In this document: in pieces, positions 52,532-63,764 of the stretch
Layout: the number at the start of each line of letters is the position of its first letter
How positions within the stretch are numbered: the first letter of the stretch is position 1
DNA from: Meyerozyma guilliermondii
Lineage: Eukaryota
DNA: 64,000 nt
Direction of reading: 5' to 3'
Assembly: GCA_051546255.1 (NCBI GenBank)
Contig: CP128817.1
Coordinates: forward strand, 1,054,001 to 1,118,000
Notes under the pieces: model-generated
The model's input: only the letters and a program-made list of their open reading frames with translations
The model's database searches: none
What the model was told of the DNA's origin: nothing
Translations under genes and position numbers: made by a program

Positions 52532-54664
52532 ATGGATAGACTCAAGCAAATCGCCAAACAGACTGTAGCAGGATCGGCTCCTGTGTCGTCTCCGATGCAC
52601 CCCTTGGATCCTCTTTCACCTCAAGAGATCAAGGCAGTGGCCAGCATTGTCAAGGCCAAGAACAAGGGAAAGGAGATTATGTTCAACACTGTCACTCTTA
52701 AGGAGCCTGTGAAGCTGGCTTACTACCACTGGAAGGAGAAGGGTGGTCCAATGCCTGCTAGATTGGCTTATTATGTGGTGGTTGAAGAGGGAGCAACTGC
52801 GGTTCAAGAAGGCTTGGTTGATATTCCTGGGCAGAAAGTTATTGATATTAGAAACACCGAAGGAGTCCAGCCTATTTTGACTCCAGCAGACTTGCAAGCA
52901 ACGGAGGATATCGTTCGTAACGATCCAACTGTTATTGAGCAGTGTGTTTTGAGTGGGGTCCCAAAGGAAGACATGAAAAATGTCTACTGTGATGCTTGGA
53001 CTATTGGTTACGATGAGAGATGGGGAGCTTCCAGAAGATTGCAACAAGCCCTTATGTACTGGCGCTCGGACGAAGATGACCTGCACTATTCTCATCCTTT
53101 GGACTTTTGTCCTATTGTCGATATGAATGCCAAGAAGGTGATTTACATCGATATTCCCAACAGAAGAAGAAAGGTTTCGAAACACAAGCACGCCAACTTC
53201 CACCCCAACTCCATCAAGGCAAAGTATGGAACCAAGGAGAACCCTCTGGGCTACAGACAGGACGACACTCCTATCAATGTTACCCAGCCCAATGGTGTTT
53301 CGTTCAAGATGGCTGGAAATGTTATCAACTGGTCGAACTTTTCCATTCATATTGGTTTCAACTATCGTGAGGGTATTGTGTTGAGTGATATCACATACAA
53401 CGACCATGGAAAAGTTAGACCTATGTTCCACAGAATCTCTTTGTCTGAGATGATTGTACCTTATGGGTCTCCCGATTTCCCTCACCAAAGAAAGCATGCT
53501 TTGGATATTGGAGAGTACGGAGCTGGTAACTGTACCAATCCGCTCTCGCTTGGATGTGATTGTAAGGGTGTGATTCACTACATGGATGCTCATTTCCCTG
53601 GCAAGACTGGAGAGCCAGTCACTGTGAAAAATGCGGTGTGTATCCACGAGGAAGACGATGGAATCCTTTTCAAGCACTCCGACTTCAGAGACGATTTCCA
53701 GACCACCATTAATACCAGAGGTAAGAAGTTGATCATTTCTCAAGTGTTCACCGCTGCAAACTACGAGTACTGCTTGTACTGGATTTTCAGACAAGATGGT
53801 ACCATCAAGTTGGAGATCCGTTTGACTGGTATCTTGAACACTTATGTGTGTGATGTCGACGAAGATGTTGGTCCATGGGGAACCCAAGTTTACCCTGGTG
53901 TAAATGCCCACAACCACCAGCACTTGTTCAGCTTGAGAATGCACCCAAGAATTGATGGAGACAACAATTCTGCTGCCACCAGTGATGCCAAGCCATCGCC
54001 AGCAGCTTTTGGATCCAGCGCCAATATGTATGGAAATGCCTTTTATGCGGAGAAGAAGACGTTCAAGACGGTGGCCGATTCGTTGACCAATTACGATTCT
54101 CTGACAATGAGATCATGGGATATGTTCAACCCCAAGTCTATCAACCCACACTCGGGTAAGCCTGCTAGTTATAAGTTAGTGTCCACTTTCTGTCCACCAG
54201 TGTTGGCTAAGGAGGGATCGTTGGTGCGTAAGAGAGCACCATGGGCAGAACACTCGATGAATGTTGTTCCATACGCCGATGAAGATGGTGGATACGGAAG
54301 ATTGTGGCCATCTGGAGACCATGTGGCACAATGGAGTGGAGACGGATCCCGTGGTATGAGAAAATGGGTTGGTGATGGACAAGACTCGATTGAGAATACC
54401 GATATTGTTCTCTTCCACACATTTGGTATTACCCATTTCCCAGCCCCAGAAGACTTCCCAGTCATGCCCACCGAGATCTTTGAGCTTATGTTGCGTCCTA
54501 GACATTTCTTTACCGAGAACCCATGTCTTGACATCAAACCTTCGTATATTAGAACCACCAGTGAGGTTAGAAAGGGCACTCAAGGAATTGATTCGTGCTC
54601 TTTGAATGTCGACACGACATCAAGACTCGCTTTCAGCAACACCAGCGGCTGTTGCAATGAGTAG
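52532..54664 (+). CDS. Copper/TPQ amine oxidase (peroxisomal AMO type); 710 aa
   Basis: HPLDPLS, ANYEY TPQ motif, AHNHQHLF Cu ligands, HFPAPEDFPVMP; N-terminal PTS2-like RLKQIAKQT. Confidence 0.96.
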   Translation: MDRLKQIAKQTVAGSAPVSSPMHPLDPLSPQEIKAVASIVKAKNKGKEIMFNTVTLKEPVKLAYYHWKEKGGPMPARLAYYVVVEEGATAVQEGLVDIPGQKVIDIRNTEGVQPILTPADLQATEDIVRNDPTVIEQCVLSGVPKEDMKNVYCDAWTIGYDERWGASRRLQQALMYWRSDEDDLHYSHPLDFCPIVDMNAKKVIYIDIPNRRRKVSKHKHANFHPNSIKAKYGTKENPLGYRQDDTPINVTQPNGVSFKMAGNVINWSNFSIHIGFNYREGIVLSDITYNDHGKVRPMFHRISLSEMIVPYGSPDFPHQRKHALDIGEYGAGNCTNPLSLGCDCKGVIHYMDAHFPGKTGEPVTVKNAVCIHEEDDGILFKHSDFRDDFQTTINTRGKKLIISQVFTAANYEYCLYWIFRQDGTIKLEIRLTGILNTYVCDVDEDVGPWGTQVYPGVNAHNHQHLFSLRMHPRIDGDNNSAATSDAKPSPAAFGSSANMYGNAFYAEKKTFKTVADSLTNYDSLTMRSWDMFNPKSINPHSGKPASYKLVSTFCPPVLAKEGSLVRKRAPWAEHSMNVVPYADEDGGYGRLWPSGDHVAQWSGDGSRGMRKWVGDGQDSIENTDIVLFHTFGITHFPAPEDFPVMPTEIFELMLRPRHFFTENPCLDIKPSYIRTTSEVRKGTQGIDSCSLNVDTTSRLAFSNTSGCCNE

Positions 54665-54823
54665 CAATTGTTGAATAGAGTAATAAAATAGTTTAACTGA
54701 AAGGATACATCAAACTGTAGATCGTCTGTTAGTATACTACTTTTCGCAGCTTCTCAGTCGCAGCTGTCGCAGCCATACCTCACCAAATATCGATGCTCTT
54801 CGCATCCAGATCTTCAGTCAGTC

Positions 54824-55444
54824 ATGAAATATGTTATAGAGCACATGGAAGAAGGGTTTTCCGAGTGGGTCATCTTGGAATACACTCAGATAATCAAGGA
54901 GGTTGGCAAAGAAAACTTGATCTTGACATCTTTGCCCAGTGCGGTTACGGAGGCAGATATACCCAAAAGGTTGCTCGACTTGGGATTGCAATGGACCACT
55001 AAAGAATGTGTTGAGATCGAGGGACTCGAAAAGAATAACGTCTGCTTGTTGGATCCCGCTGCTGAAACGGAATTGACTCCGGAAGATAGCGAGAAGTTTG
55101 ACTTTTTTGTGTTTGGAGGCATCTTGGGATCTCATCCAAGAATCGACAGAACAGGAATCTTGAGGAGAAAGTATGGTTTTGCTGGGCGTAGATTAGGTGC
55201 CCTTCAGATGACTACTGATACTGCTATCAGGACCACGCAAAAAATAATCGAAGATAAAAAATCTTTCGAGGATATAAAGTTCATCGACTACCCAGAAATA
55301 CGCTATAATAAGCACGAGTCTACCGAGATGCCGTTCAGATATATACTCAACGATGAGGGAATTCCTATACTTCCCGAAGGCATGCTCGAACTCATCAGAA
55401 AAGATGCAGAACAAAGTATTGATGATTTATTGATGGAGGAATAA
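54824..55444 (+). CDS. SFM1: SPOUT-family methyltransferase Sfm1
   Basis: MKYVIEHMEEGFSEWVILEY, FGGILGSHPRIDRT, QMTTDTA, ESTEMPFRY. Confidence 0.92.
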   Translation: MKYVIEHMEEGFSEWVILEYTQIIKEVGKENLILTSLPSAVTEADIPKRLLDLGLQWTTKECVEIEGLEKNNVCLLDPAAETELTPEDSEKFDFFVFGGILGSHPRIDRTGILRRKYGFAGRRLGALQMTTDTAIRTTQKIIEDKKSFEDIKFIDYPEIRYNKHESTEMPFRYILNDEGIPILPEGMLELIRKDAEQSIDDLLMEE

Positions 55445-55448
55445 ATTT

Positions 55449-57710
55449 CTAATAATAAATAACTTTCTTAAGTTTTGGCGCTTCTTCGTTGACGCTTAAT
55501 GTCTCCTTCATAATGAAACCAGCTGTGTCCTGATCCTCAAAGTAAGACACATGGGCACTAATGGCAGAAACAAGCGAGATATCGAAAACACCCATGGGTA
55601 GACAGTAGTCAACTCTACCTCTAGAGTTTGCTTTTAAGAGCAACTCAAGGTCTTCTGGTTTCAAATCTTTTACCGGCGCCTTTGTCTTCTCTTTCTCTTG
55701 CTTCTTTGGTTCCTTTTCTGGCTTCTTTGTGTCCTTGTTGCTGATCAAAGAAGTCAAGATTTGCCGAAGGGCATTTTCATCGTTTGTTTCGGATTCGGTA
55801 ACAACCTGCTGCAGAGCCTCTTTAGTTCCCGTCAACCAACTCGAAGCTTGGACAATTCTCTCTTGAATATCATTGCTCCACTTGGCAAGTCCTTTCACAT
55901 GTCTGTCGAAGCCTCTCACGGCAAAGGAAACCAGCTCAGGTTTGAATTTGGCAAATCTTGATTTGATAAGCGGTTCCATACGGTAGCCCACAGGGTCACA
56001 TGGATGAAAAATGTTGTAGATCCTCTCGCACTTTGGTGAAACAAGGTCTTCAACCAGATCTGAGTTTTTAGCAGAACGACGAACGATGTTCTTGCGCCCG
56101 AGGAGTTTGAACATTCCTACCGGTGACCCAACACAGAACAAGTTCTCAACATCAAATTTCAAATGCTTTGAAGTGTCAATTTTGTCCTTGTCAACGTCTT
56201 CTGGTTGAGCAGCTAGTATGTCAAATGCTATGCAAGAACCAAGCGAATGTCCCATGATGTGAATTTTGCCCTTAAAATTTGGATTTCTTTCCATGTACAA
56301 AGAATACACTCTGTTGAGCTCTTCGGTTACTGTCTTGAAGATCTGATCCACATACTTTTGATCGTAGTAAAGTAAGATATCAAGGGCAACATCACCTACT
56401 AGGTTACGTAGTGGTTTTACACCATCAACGTTTATCTCGGAGAGCGCAGGAAGTCGGTTTTCACCTTCATCGTCCACCTCTTCCAAAGCCTTTTTGGGGT
56501 GGAAATCAATCTTGTGTCTCCAGGAGATAGGAAGCACTTGGATTCGATTATTCCTTTTGCGTTCGGAAGAATCTTTGTCCCCGTATGCCATTTTATGGTA
56601 CTCTTCTTCGCTCTCGTACACCGATCTCATGGTGTTTCTCATGACGTTTACACTATGGGTGAAGTTGATAGACTCATACTTTGAACCCAAAACTTGACCT
56701 ATACCATGGACACAAAGGATTAGATGATCAATTTCTCTCTCAGCGTCATTCTGGGATAAGTTATGGTCGTAGTCACTTTCTATCTCGTTCTTCTCCTGAC
56801 GATTTTGTGTTTCGTCTGAAAGCATTTCTGGCTTGGTACTGGACGGATCGAGCACTTTTGTAACTTCATTTTGAAATATCTCGCTCACTTCTGGAAGTGG
56901 ATTTGAAGGTAAACTATCGAGAATAGTTTCGGTGAGATCATCTGTAAATCCTCTTTGCAATTTCTGGACAGAGAGAAGCGAGGCTGGAGTGGGTCCAAGG
57001 TTCCGAAGCACCTCCAAGTTGAACTTGGTTTTCATGTCGTCCCGGAAAATGACTGCATCGCAATCAGTACAATATAAGACCAAGCTTCCATCTCCCAAAT
57101 CCACTATATCCTCATAGTCAGAGTCATCTGAGATTTTTTCCTTCTTCTGGATAGCAGACTCGTCATTAAATCTTTGGACTTTTTGTTTGTATTCTTTTAC
57201 AAGTTTCCAGTTATCCTTAACAGAATCACGTCCACGAAGAAGGTGCTTTCGTTTCTGGTATCCATCCTCAATCTTCTGTGCCAATTTTCGAGAAAGCGGA
57301 ATACCATCTCTGTAAAACCAAGTTCCTCGTCTCACTTCGAACACCGGACCGTCCCAGAAAACAGGCAGCAATTCAAACTTTTCCAAATCAACTTTGAATA
57401 GTCGATCTTCATTAACATCTACCGACCGAGATTGGGTCGAGTTGTTCTTGTCAGTTTTGTCATAATAATTGCGAAAAGCCTTCTCCAAGCGCTCAGAGTC
57501 GTTTTCCGAGAACGGGATGAACTTTTCCGGGTCTTTTTCTTTCTTATACTCGAACCAAGCGGGCTTCCGTATCGGGATATCTGTTGCATAAAACCACTTT
57601 ACTCGAGGCAGCTTAGACTTTTCATCAGCACACAAGCATCTCAGGACAGAGAATGCTCGGGCCAGAAGTGTCCTGGGGGACAAAGTTCTGTGGAACAGCA
57701 ATAAGAACAT
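55449..57710 (-). CDS. DDL1: DDHD-domain phospholipase A1, mitochondrial
   Basis: KWFYATDIP, EVRRGTWF, LCVHGIGQ, GHSLGS lipase motif, NIFHPCDPVGYRMEP, AHVSYF; adjacent to SFM1 as in S. cerevisiae. Confidence 0.9.
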   Translation of the reverse strand: MFLLLFHRTLSPRTLLARAFSVLRCLCADEKSKLPRVKWFYATDIPIRKPAWFEYKKEKDPEKFIPFSENDSERLEKAFRNYYDKTDKNNSTQSRSVDVNEDRLFKVDLEKFELLPVFWDGPVFEVRRGTWFYRDGIPLSRKLAQKIEDGYQKRKHLLRGRDSVKDNWKLVKEYKQKVQRFNDESAIQKKEKISDDSDYEDIVDLGDGSLVLYCTDCDAVIFRDDMKTKFNLEVLRNLGPTPASLLSVQKLQRGFTDDLTETILDSLPSNPLPEVSEIFQNEVTKVLDPSSTKPEMLSDETQNRQEKNEIESDYDHNLSQNDAEREIDHLILCVHGIGQVLGSKYESINFTHSVNVMRNTMRSVYESEEEYHKMAYGDKDSSERKRNNRIQVLPISWRHKIDFHPKKALEEVDDEGENRLPALSEINVDGVKPLRNLVGDVALDILLYYDQKYVDQIFKTVTEELNRVYSLYMERNPNFKGKIHIMGHSLGSCIAFDILAAQPEDVDKDKIDTSKHLKFDVENLFCVGSPVGMFKLLGRKNIVRRSAKNSDLVEDLVSPKCERIYNIFHPCDPVGYRMEPLIKSRFAKFKPELVSFAVRGFDRHVKGLAKWSNDIQERIVQASSWLTGTKEALQQVVTESETNDENALRQILTSLISNKDTKKPEKEPKKQEKEKTKAPVKDLKPEDLELLLKANSRGRVDYCLPMGVFDISLVSAISAHVSYFEDQDTAGFIMKETLSVNEEAPKLKKVIYY

Positions 57711-57830
57711 GGTGAGCGAATAGTTCGCAAAAAGTTTGTTGCTGTTTTAACTTTTCGGAAAACGGCTGCGAAAACGAGATTGAGATATCTCACAGGAAAA
57801 TTTAATGTCATAACCATATCTATATAGATT

Positions 57831-59933
57831 CTATGTGAGACCCGGCACGGGTAGTTTGAGGTCTCCAGACGGCCACTGGAGCACTGCGGCATTCGTATAA
57901 TCGCCATAATGGTTTTTTTCAAGACTCACGAGACCCATTCGCAAGTAGAGAGGAATGGCTTTCTTCTTTGACAGTGCAAGTGCCAATTCAATTCCGGAGC
58001 TCAACTCACGGTTGGATGTTATAATCTTGGTCAAGTTGACCGAGGTGGACCATTCGCCCACATATCGTTCTATATCGTTCACAAGAAGGGAAATCCCGTT
58101 ATATTTGGCGCTCAAGTCAGTAGCATTTTTCCAGGTCAAAATACCGGTTTCCAGATTGAACCCAACAAATGTTGGAGGTTTGATATCCCCAGAAGGATCG
58201 TCTCTCCGTAACGATGAGACTGTCTCGGCAATAGCAGCAAATCCCCATCTAGCAGATCCTGAGAGAAATAGACCAAGTAAAATACCCTGGAAGGCTATCG
58301 CAGTTCGTCCTCTTGTCGCACAACCAGGAAGAAGAAGCATCGCCAAAATGTAATGATGGATCCGAAGTGTGAGGTTGGGAATGGAGCTTAGTAGTATAAG
58401 ACCCATAACGAAGGAGCCATATATGGCTAGGTACTTGCGAAATCTACCAGAAAGCCATATCTTGTAAGCCTGAATTACCGCGCAGATGAGAATGGTGGTT
58501 ATGATGGCCAGAACGGCCAATAATGCTCCTGACTGCTCACGAAGATCAGAAAGCGTTAAGCGGTCAACGGGGAGCCGATCAAATGTCATATTGTTGATCA
58601 CACCAAGCCAAAAGAGTGGATACCAAAGTATTACCTCCCAAAGAGGGCTGCTATCTTCTGTTCTTTTCAATGCTCTTTTGGTGGAGCAGCTCCAAAGGAC
58701 ATATAGAACAAAGCAGGAAGGTAAGAATCGTTCCAAACCAATCGATAATAAAGAAGCAAACGTTTCGGGATCTGAAGCATCAACGGTGTATGGCGGATCA
58801 GTGGCTAGAATAATTGTCCAGAATCCAACAATATTGGTAACCCAGAAAGACACAATTCCACCAACAAGGTAGACTATCGGAAGTCCCAAAATTATGTTTA
58901 ACACAAGTACCAAAAGTCTCGGATCGTAACATTGGTTAAAGGTTCCACTGGCTGAAGGTCCACCACTGAGATGCAATTTTTTGAAGAAGAAGGAGGATGG
59001 AAAATACGACACAAACTCGATGGAATCACTCACGCCATATGATCCTTTGGTACTCTTGAAATACGGCTGACCACCACTGGAATACGATATTCTGGCACAT
59101 CCTCCAGAAAATGGAGAGATTATTCCAGCGTGCACTCCGGCTCCACAAGGATACGAATCTGCTCTATAAGGATTGGATATCTGATCTGGGCTATATTTCT
59201 GCTCGTTGCTCTTTCCTCCTCCAACAAAGTAACCCCTGTGCTTGATACGTTGGTCCCCAATGGGTATTAAAGAGTAAGTCCAGCTTCCTCTATCACAAAG
59301 AGCAGGGCACCTAAATATCACATCTTCTTCAGTGAGAAAAGATGGACATTGCTCGCCGTTAAGTCCACATGCTCCGTTTTTACCTTTCCAAAATTGCAGC
59401 AGTGACTGGCAAGATAAGGCTATTACCTTGACGCTGGTGTCGGTTGTGAGCAGTGTAGGATGCAGATAGTAAGGTATCACAATGCTGTATATGGTCATAA
59501 ACCAAAGTGTCAAGTACACAACAACAAGAGACACTCGTAATTTCTTCAGAATAGATTGCAGTAATCTATTAGGGAGTTTTTCGAACCATATTAATGGTTG
59601 AATTTTCGGCGGAGGATCATCCCGTGGATCACGAGGCCCATTCCATGCAAAATAAAAGAATTTTCTTAGCTTTCCCAACGGCGAGGTGTCAAAATATGGC
59701 TCCAAAGCATCGAAATCATTAAAGTCCGGTGTTTCCTGTCCGGTGCTATCGTTATCGTGATCTTCATTATCTCCACAACGAACAGCATTTGAGTCGCCTC
59801 CACCAGTAATTCTTGTCACGGTATCATTCTCCACCCCTAAAGTCCCCGTATCTCGGTTCTCCGTGATCCCTTCTTCCATATCAAGGTTCTGTAACGGTAT
59901 ATACTCCCGAGCGCTTGTATTATAAGCCACCAT
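57831..59933 (-). CDS. LCCL-domain multi-pass membrane protein
   Basis: CGLNGEQC, FRCPALC, YRADSYPCGAGVHAGIISPFSGGC (LCCL); LPVDRLT, LRIHHYILA; many TM segments. Confidence 0.85.
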   Translation of the reverse strand: MVAYNTSAREYIPLQNLDMEEGITENRDTGTLGVENDTVTRITGGGDSNAVRCGDNEDHDNDSTGQETPDFNDFDALEPYFDTSPLGKLRKFFYFAWNGPRDPRDDPPPKIQPLIWFEKLPNRLLQSILKKLRVSLVVVYLTLWFMTIYSIVIPYYLHPTLLTTDTSVKVIALSCQSLLQFWKGKNGACGLNGEQCPSFLTEEDVIFRCPALCDRGSWTYSLIPIGDQRIKHRGYFVGGGKSNEQKYSPDQISNPYRADSYPCGAGVHAGIISPFSGGCARISYSSGGQPYFKSTKGSYGVSDSIEFVSYFPSSFFFKKLHLSGGPSASGTFNQCYDPRLLVLVLNIILGLPIVYLVGGIVSFWVTNIVGFWTIILATDPPYTVDASDPETFASLLSIGLERFLPSCFVLYVLWSCSTKRALKRTEDSSPLWEVILWYPLFWLGVINNMTFDRLPVDRLTLSDLREQSGALLAVLAIITTILICAVIQAYKIWLSGRFRKYLAIYGSFVMGLILLSSIPNLTLRIHHYILAMLLLPGCATRGRTAIAFQGILLGLFLSGSARWGFAAIAETVSSLRRDDPSGDIKPPTFVGFNLETGILTWKNATDLSAKYNGISLLVNDIERYVGEWSTSVNLTKIITSNRELSSGIELALALSKKKAIPLYLRMGLVSLEKNHYGDYTNAAVLQWPSGDLKLPVPGLT

Positions 59934-60191
59934 TTTTCACTGATTCTATGCGACTTTTAAGCGAATATGCATTCGTAATTTATCGTTCAAATTTGCAGCA
60001 ATATCTAGCAAATTTACTATGGTATAAGTATAGTGATAGGTTTATTGGCCCTTTTTGGCATCTACTGCTGAAAAAATGTCTCTTATAAGATATTTGAAAA
60101 TCGTCAACCGCTTCACGTGACTGGTCGTACGAGTGGAAACTACAACAATCAATTAATCATTAATCTAATATACAAACACAATATATCCAAG

Positions 60192-62783
60192 CTAACCGGA
60201 GCACATAGTACACGACTCTGGGTTGTCAATAGCACAAGCGATCACCTTGGAACTGTAAATATCGCTTTCTGTGGCATCACCATCCTCTCCTGCCTCTTCT
60301 GGCTGCTCGGCATCTTTATCCTTCAAGCTCATTTCAGCAACAGAGTTCTCCAACGAGGTGGATGGTGTAGACTCGGTCTCATATTTGGTGAACGAGTTGT
60401 CATTGTCACTAGTAGTAGCACTGGAGCTGGCGGTGGCACCTCTAGCAGTATACTTTCTCTTATTCAATTTTTCGAGAGTTGCAACTGTCTTACCAGCGTT
60501 AACACTGGTGCTCAGGTCAACGGTAAATTGAATGGCAGCAGCAGCAGCTTGTGTTCTCAAGTAGTACATACCAGTCTTCAAACCCTTCTTCCATCCGTAA
60601 AAGTGCATAGATGTCAACTTACCCATAGTAGGGTCCTTAATATGAATGTTAAGAGATTGGGATTGGTCAATGAATGCAGCTCTATCAGCAGCCATGTCAA
60701 TGATATGCTTTTGTGAAATCTCCCACACCGTCTTGTACAATGCTTTGATCTCGTCAGGAATGTTTGGCAAGTTCTGAATCGAACCGTTATTACTGATGAT
60801 ATTGTTCTTCATGGAGTCATTCCAAAGACCCAAGTCAACCAAGTCACGCAACAAGTATGGGTTGACAATTTGGAATTCACCAGCCAACACTCTTCTGGAG
60901 TAGATATTAGAAGTGTAAGGTTCAAAGCACTCATTGTTACCCAAGATCTGCGAGGTGGAAGCAGTTGGCATAGGAGCGACCAACAATGAGTTTCTCAAAC
61001 CGTGCTTAGCCATCTTCTGCTTCAAAGTATCCCAGTCCCACAACTCAGTAGGCTTTCTGTCCCACAAGTCAAATTGCAACAATCCTTGAGAAGCAGGTGA
61101 TCCCTCGTATGATTCATAAGGACCTTCTTTTTGAGCCAATTCGATAGAAGCCTCAACAGCACCGTGATAGATAGTTTCGAAAATTTGAATGTTCAATTCT
61201 TTTGCTTCTTGGGAGTCGAAAGGTAATCTCAAAGCCATGAACGCATCGGCAAGACCTTGAACACCCAAGGCAATAGGTCTGTTTCTCATGTTGGACCTGC
61301 GTGCTTCTGGAACAGGGTAGTAGTTACGGTCAATGATTCTGTTCAAGTTACCAGTAACCGTCTTGGTGACCTCATGAAGCTTGTCAAAGTTGTACCAAGT
61401 TGAGTTGTTATCAGACTCCACGAAAGATGGCAAGGCTATGGAGGCCAAGTTACAAACAGCGACTTCCTCAGGCGATGAGTATTCAACAATCTCACAACAC
61501 AAGTTAGATGATTTAATAATACCCAAATTCTTCTGGTTAGTTTTCTTGTTACAAGCATCTTTGTATAACATGAATGGGGTACCAGTCTCGGTTTGTGCTT
61601 CCAAAATGGCGTACCACAACTTTTGAGCTTTGATAGTACTTCTTCCTCTTCCCTCTCTTTCGTACTTTTCGTACAAAGCCTCGAATTCATCACCATAAAC
61701 CTCAGGCAAACCTGGGGCTTCATTAGGAGAGAACAAAGTCCAGTCTCCGTTCTGTTCGACTCTCTTCATGAACAAATCAGGAATCCACAAAGCTGGGAAC
61801 AAATCACGGGCTCTGATTTCTTCCTTTCCATGGTTCTTTCTGATATCGATAAACTCGAAAATATCTGAATGCCATGGCTCCAAGTATAACGCAAAGGCAC
61901 CAGGTCTCTTGTTACCACCTTGGTCGACATAACGGGCGGTGTTGTTGAACACACGCACCATGGGGATGATACCGTTGGAGGTACCATTAGTACCGGCAAT
62001 ATAAGCTCCTGTTCCACGAATGTTGTGAATGTGCAAGCCAATTCCACCAGCACTCTTGGAAATCAAAGCACAAGTTTTCAACGTGTCATAAATACCGTCG
62101 ATAGAGTCTTCCTTCATGGCAACCAAGAAACATGAAGACATCTGAGGAGATGGAGTACCAGCATTGAACAAAGTGGGTGATCCGTGGGTGAAGTAACGTT
62201 GCGACATCAAGTTGTATGATTCAATAACCTTTTCAATGTCATCACCATGGATACCCACAGCAACTCTCATAATCAAATGCTGAGGTCTTTCGGCGACCTT
62301 TCCGTTGATACGCAACAAGTATGATCTTTCCAACGTCTTGAAGCCAAAGTAGTTGTAGTTGAAATCTCTGTCAAAGACAATAGCTGAGTTCAACTCGTCA
62401 GCATGTTTCTGGATCACATCATAAGTCTCTTTGGAGATCATAGGCGAGTGCAAATCTGTCTTTGGATTGATGTAATCGTAAAGCTCTTTACTCACTTGAG
62501 AAAATTGCTTAGTAGTTTGCTTGTGCAAGTTTGAAACCGCGATTCTTGCTGCCAAAATGGCATAATCTGGGTGGATGGTAGTCATGTATGCGGCAGTCTC
62601 AGCAGCCAAGTTGTCCAACTCGATGGTATTAACTCCCTGATAAACACCAGAAATGACTCTTTGAGTGATGGCAACGGCATCGACATGAGCAGTATCGAGT
62701 CCATAACAAAGTCTTTGGACTCTAGCAGTTATTTTGTCAAACCTTACGGGTTCCTTGCGTCCATCGCGCTTATAAACATACAT
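60192..62783 (-). CDS. RNR1: Ribonucleotide reductase large subunit
   Basis: [22 protein letters not shown] cone, [23 protein letters not shown]-terminal CTMCSG. Confidence 0.98.
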   Translation of the reverse strand: MYVYKRDGRKEPVRFDKITARVQRLCYGLDTAHVDAVAITQRVISGVYQGVNTIELDNLAAETAAYMTTIHPDYAILAARIAVSNLHKQTTKQFSQVSKELYDYINPKTDLHSPMISKETYDVIQKHADELNSAIVFDRDFNYNYFGFKTLERSYLLRINGKVAERPQHLIMRVAVGIHGDDIEKVIESYNLMSQRYFTHGSPTLFNAGTPSPQMSSCFLVAMKEDSIDGIYDTLKTCALISKSAGGIGLHIHNIRGTGAYIAGTNGTSNGIIPMVRVFNNTARYVDQGGNKRPGAFALYLEPWHSDIFEFIDIRKNHGKEEIRARDLFPALWIPDLFMKRVEQNGDWTLFSPNEAPGLPEVYGDEFEALYEKYEREGRGRSTIKAQKLWYAILEAQTETGTPFMLYKDACNKKTNQKNLGIIKSSNLCCEIVEYSSPEEVAVCNLASIALPSFVESDNNSTWYNFDKLHEVTKTVTGNLNRIIDRNYYPVPEARRSNMRNRPIALGVQGLADAFMALRLPFDSQEAKELNIQIFETIYHGAVEASIELAQKEGPYESYEGSPASQGLLQFDLWDRKPTELWDWDTLKQKMAKHGLRNSLLVAPMPTASTSQILGNNECFEPYTSNIYSRRVLAGEFQIVNPYLLRDLVDLGLWNDSMKNNIISNNGSIQNLPNIPDEIKALYKTVWEISQKHIIDMAADRAAFIDQSQSLNIHIKDPTMGKLTSMHFYGWKKGLKTGMYYLRTQAAAAAIQFTVDLSTSVNAGKTVATLEKLNKRKYTARGATASSSATTSDNDNSFTKYETESTPSTSLENSVAEMSLKDKDAEQPEEAGEDGDATESDIYSSKVIACAIDNPESCTMCSG

Positions 62784-62853
62784 CGTGAGTAAGTATTAAA
62801 GGCGCTTGAGAAAAACAAGAAAAGGTGGGAAAAGTTTGAACTAAATAGTGATG

Positions 62854-63055
62854 ACGCGTCTGCACATAAAATGCGCGTTTTTTAGCATGAAATCAACAAA
62901 ACATTTGTGATCAGCGGGGTGTCTTTGTCAGCAAGATGCGACTTTGCCATACAAAATACGGCATACAACTGGTTATATGCCGTACCGTCCTGATTTGACA
63001 GGAACGCGTCTTACTAATTGATGTTATGGTCTGAAAAATACGCGTTACGGCGCGT
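62854..63055. promoter_or_regulatory. MCB (MluI cell-cycle box) cluster upstream of RNR1
   Basis: ACGCGT at 62854, 63004 and 63040; near-matches GCGCGT at 62873 and 63050. Confidence 0.8.
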
Positions 63056-63286
63056 CCGATTCGGAAAAGGCGGCCCAATGTGGCAGCCGCATCTCGTAGT
63101 TTGTCCGATTCGGAAAGAAGACAGACTTATATGGTATATTGAATAACATGCCCTAGGGCTATTAGCTCGTCGGAGCTGATCAGCTCCATGTTTGCTATAA
63201 AATTCAGTGCTACGTATTCCTGCTTTTACTGAAAAATGTAATGAATTTCATAACGTGAATGTCTATTCGTTGTTATACCGTATTGC

Positions 63287-63669
63287 TTATTTAGATTCCT
63301 CTTTGGATAAGTCACTGTTGTTAGTTGCTATTTTGGGAAGACCACCATAAACCATGGGTTGTACGCAGGTGGCTTATATGCCGTCGGTCGATGAATCGAG
63401 GACCTATCATTTTAAAGTGTACTTACTTGATGAATTTTTCCAAATCAAAGTCTTCTTCTTTGTTGCTTGACGTCGCAGCAACAGGGGCTGGGGTGGCAGC
63501 AGACTCGGATTTGGATCTTGGCCAAGCGACAACTCCGGCAACGCTTCCTAACGTGAGCAATGCAAGCTGAGTTAATATTATGGACTAATTACATCCACAC
63601 CACCAATTGCATGTTACGTACGATGTGTGATGGCACTTGTTTGCCGAAAATAGTGTAAGCGGCACCCAT
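63287..63669 (-). CDS. ATP19: Mitochondrial ATP synthase subunit k; three exons 63669-63622, 63566-63427, 63314-63287; 71 aa
   Basis: Spliced product MGAAYTIFGKQVPSHI-LALLTLGSVAGVVAWPRSKSESAATPAPVAATSSNKEEDFDLEKFI-NDLSKEESK; intron 1 GTACGT..TATTAAC.CAG (55 nt), intron 2 GTAAGT..AACTAAC..CAG (112 nt). Confidence 0.9.
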
Positions 63670-63764
63670 GATATGTGATTAATGTGAAGACGATCCAATT
63701 GCGACCGGAATTTGGTGCGACTCGCACGGGCCGGGGTTATGTGCCGTCCGCTTGGTTGCGGAGG

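Noticed and set aside
52616..53944. 442-aa antisense ORF within the amine oxidase (and similar ones inside the complex I subunit, FAA, IDH2, PUP1 and RNR1)
   Set aside because: Same antisense-shadow effect; no recognisable domains.
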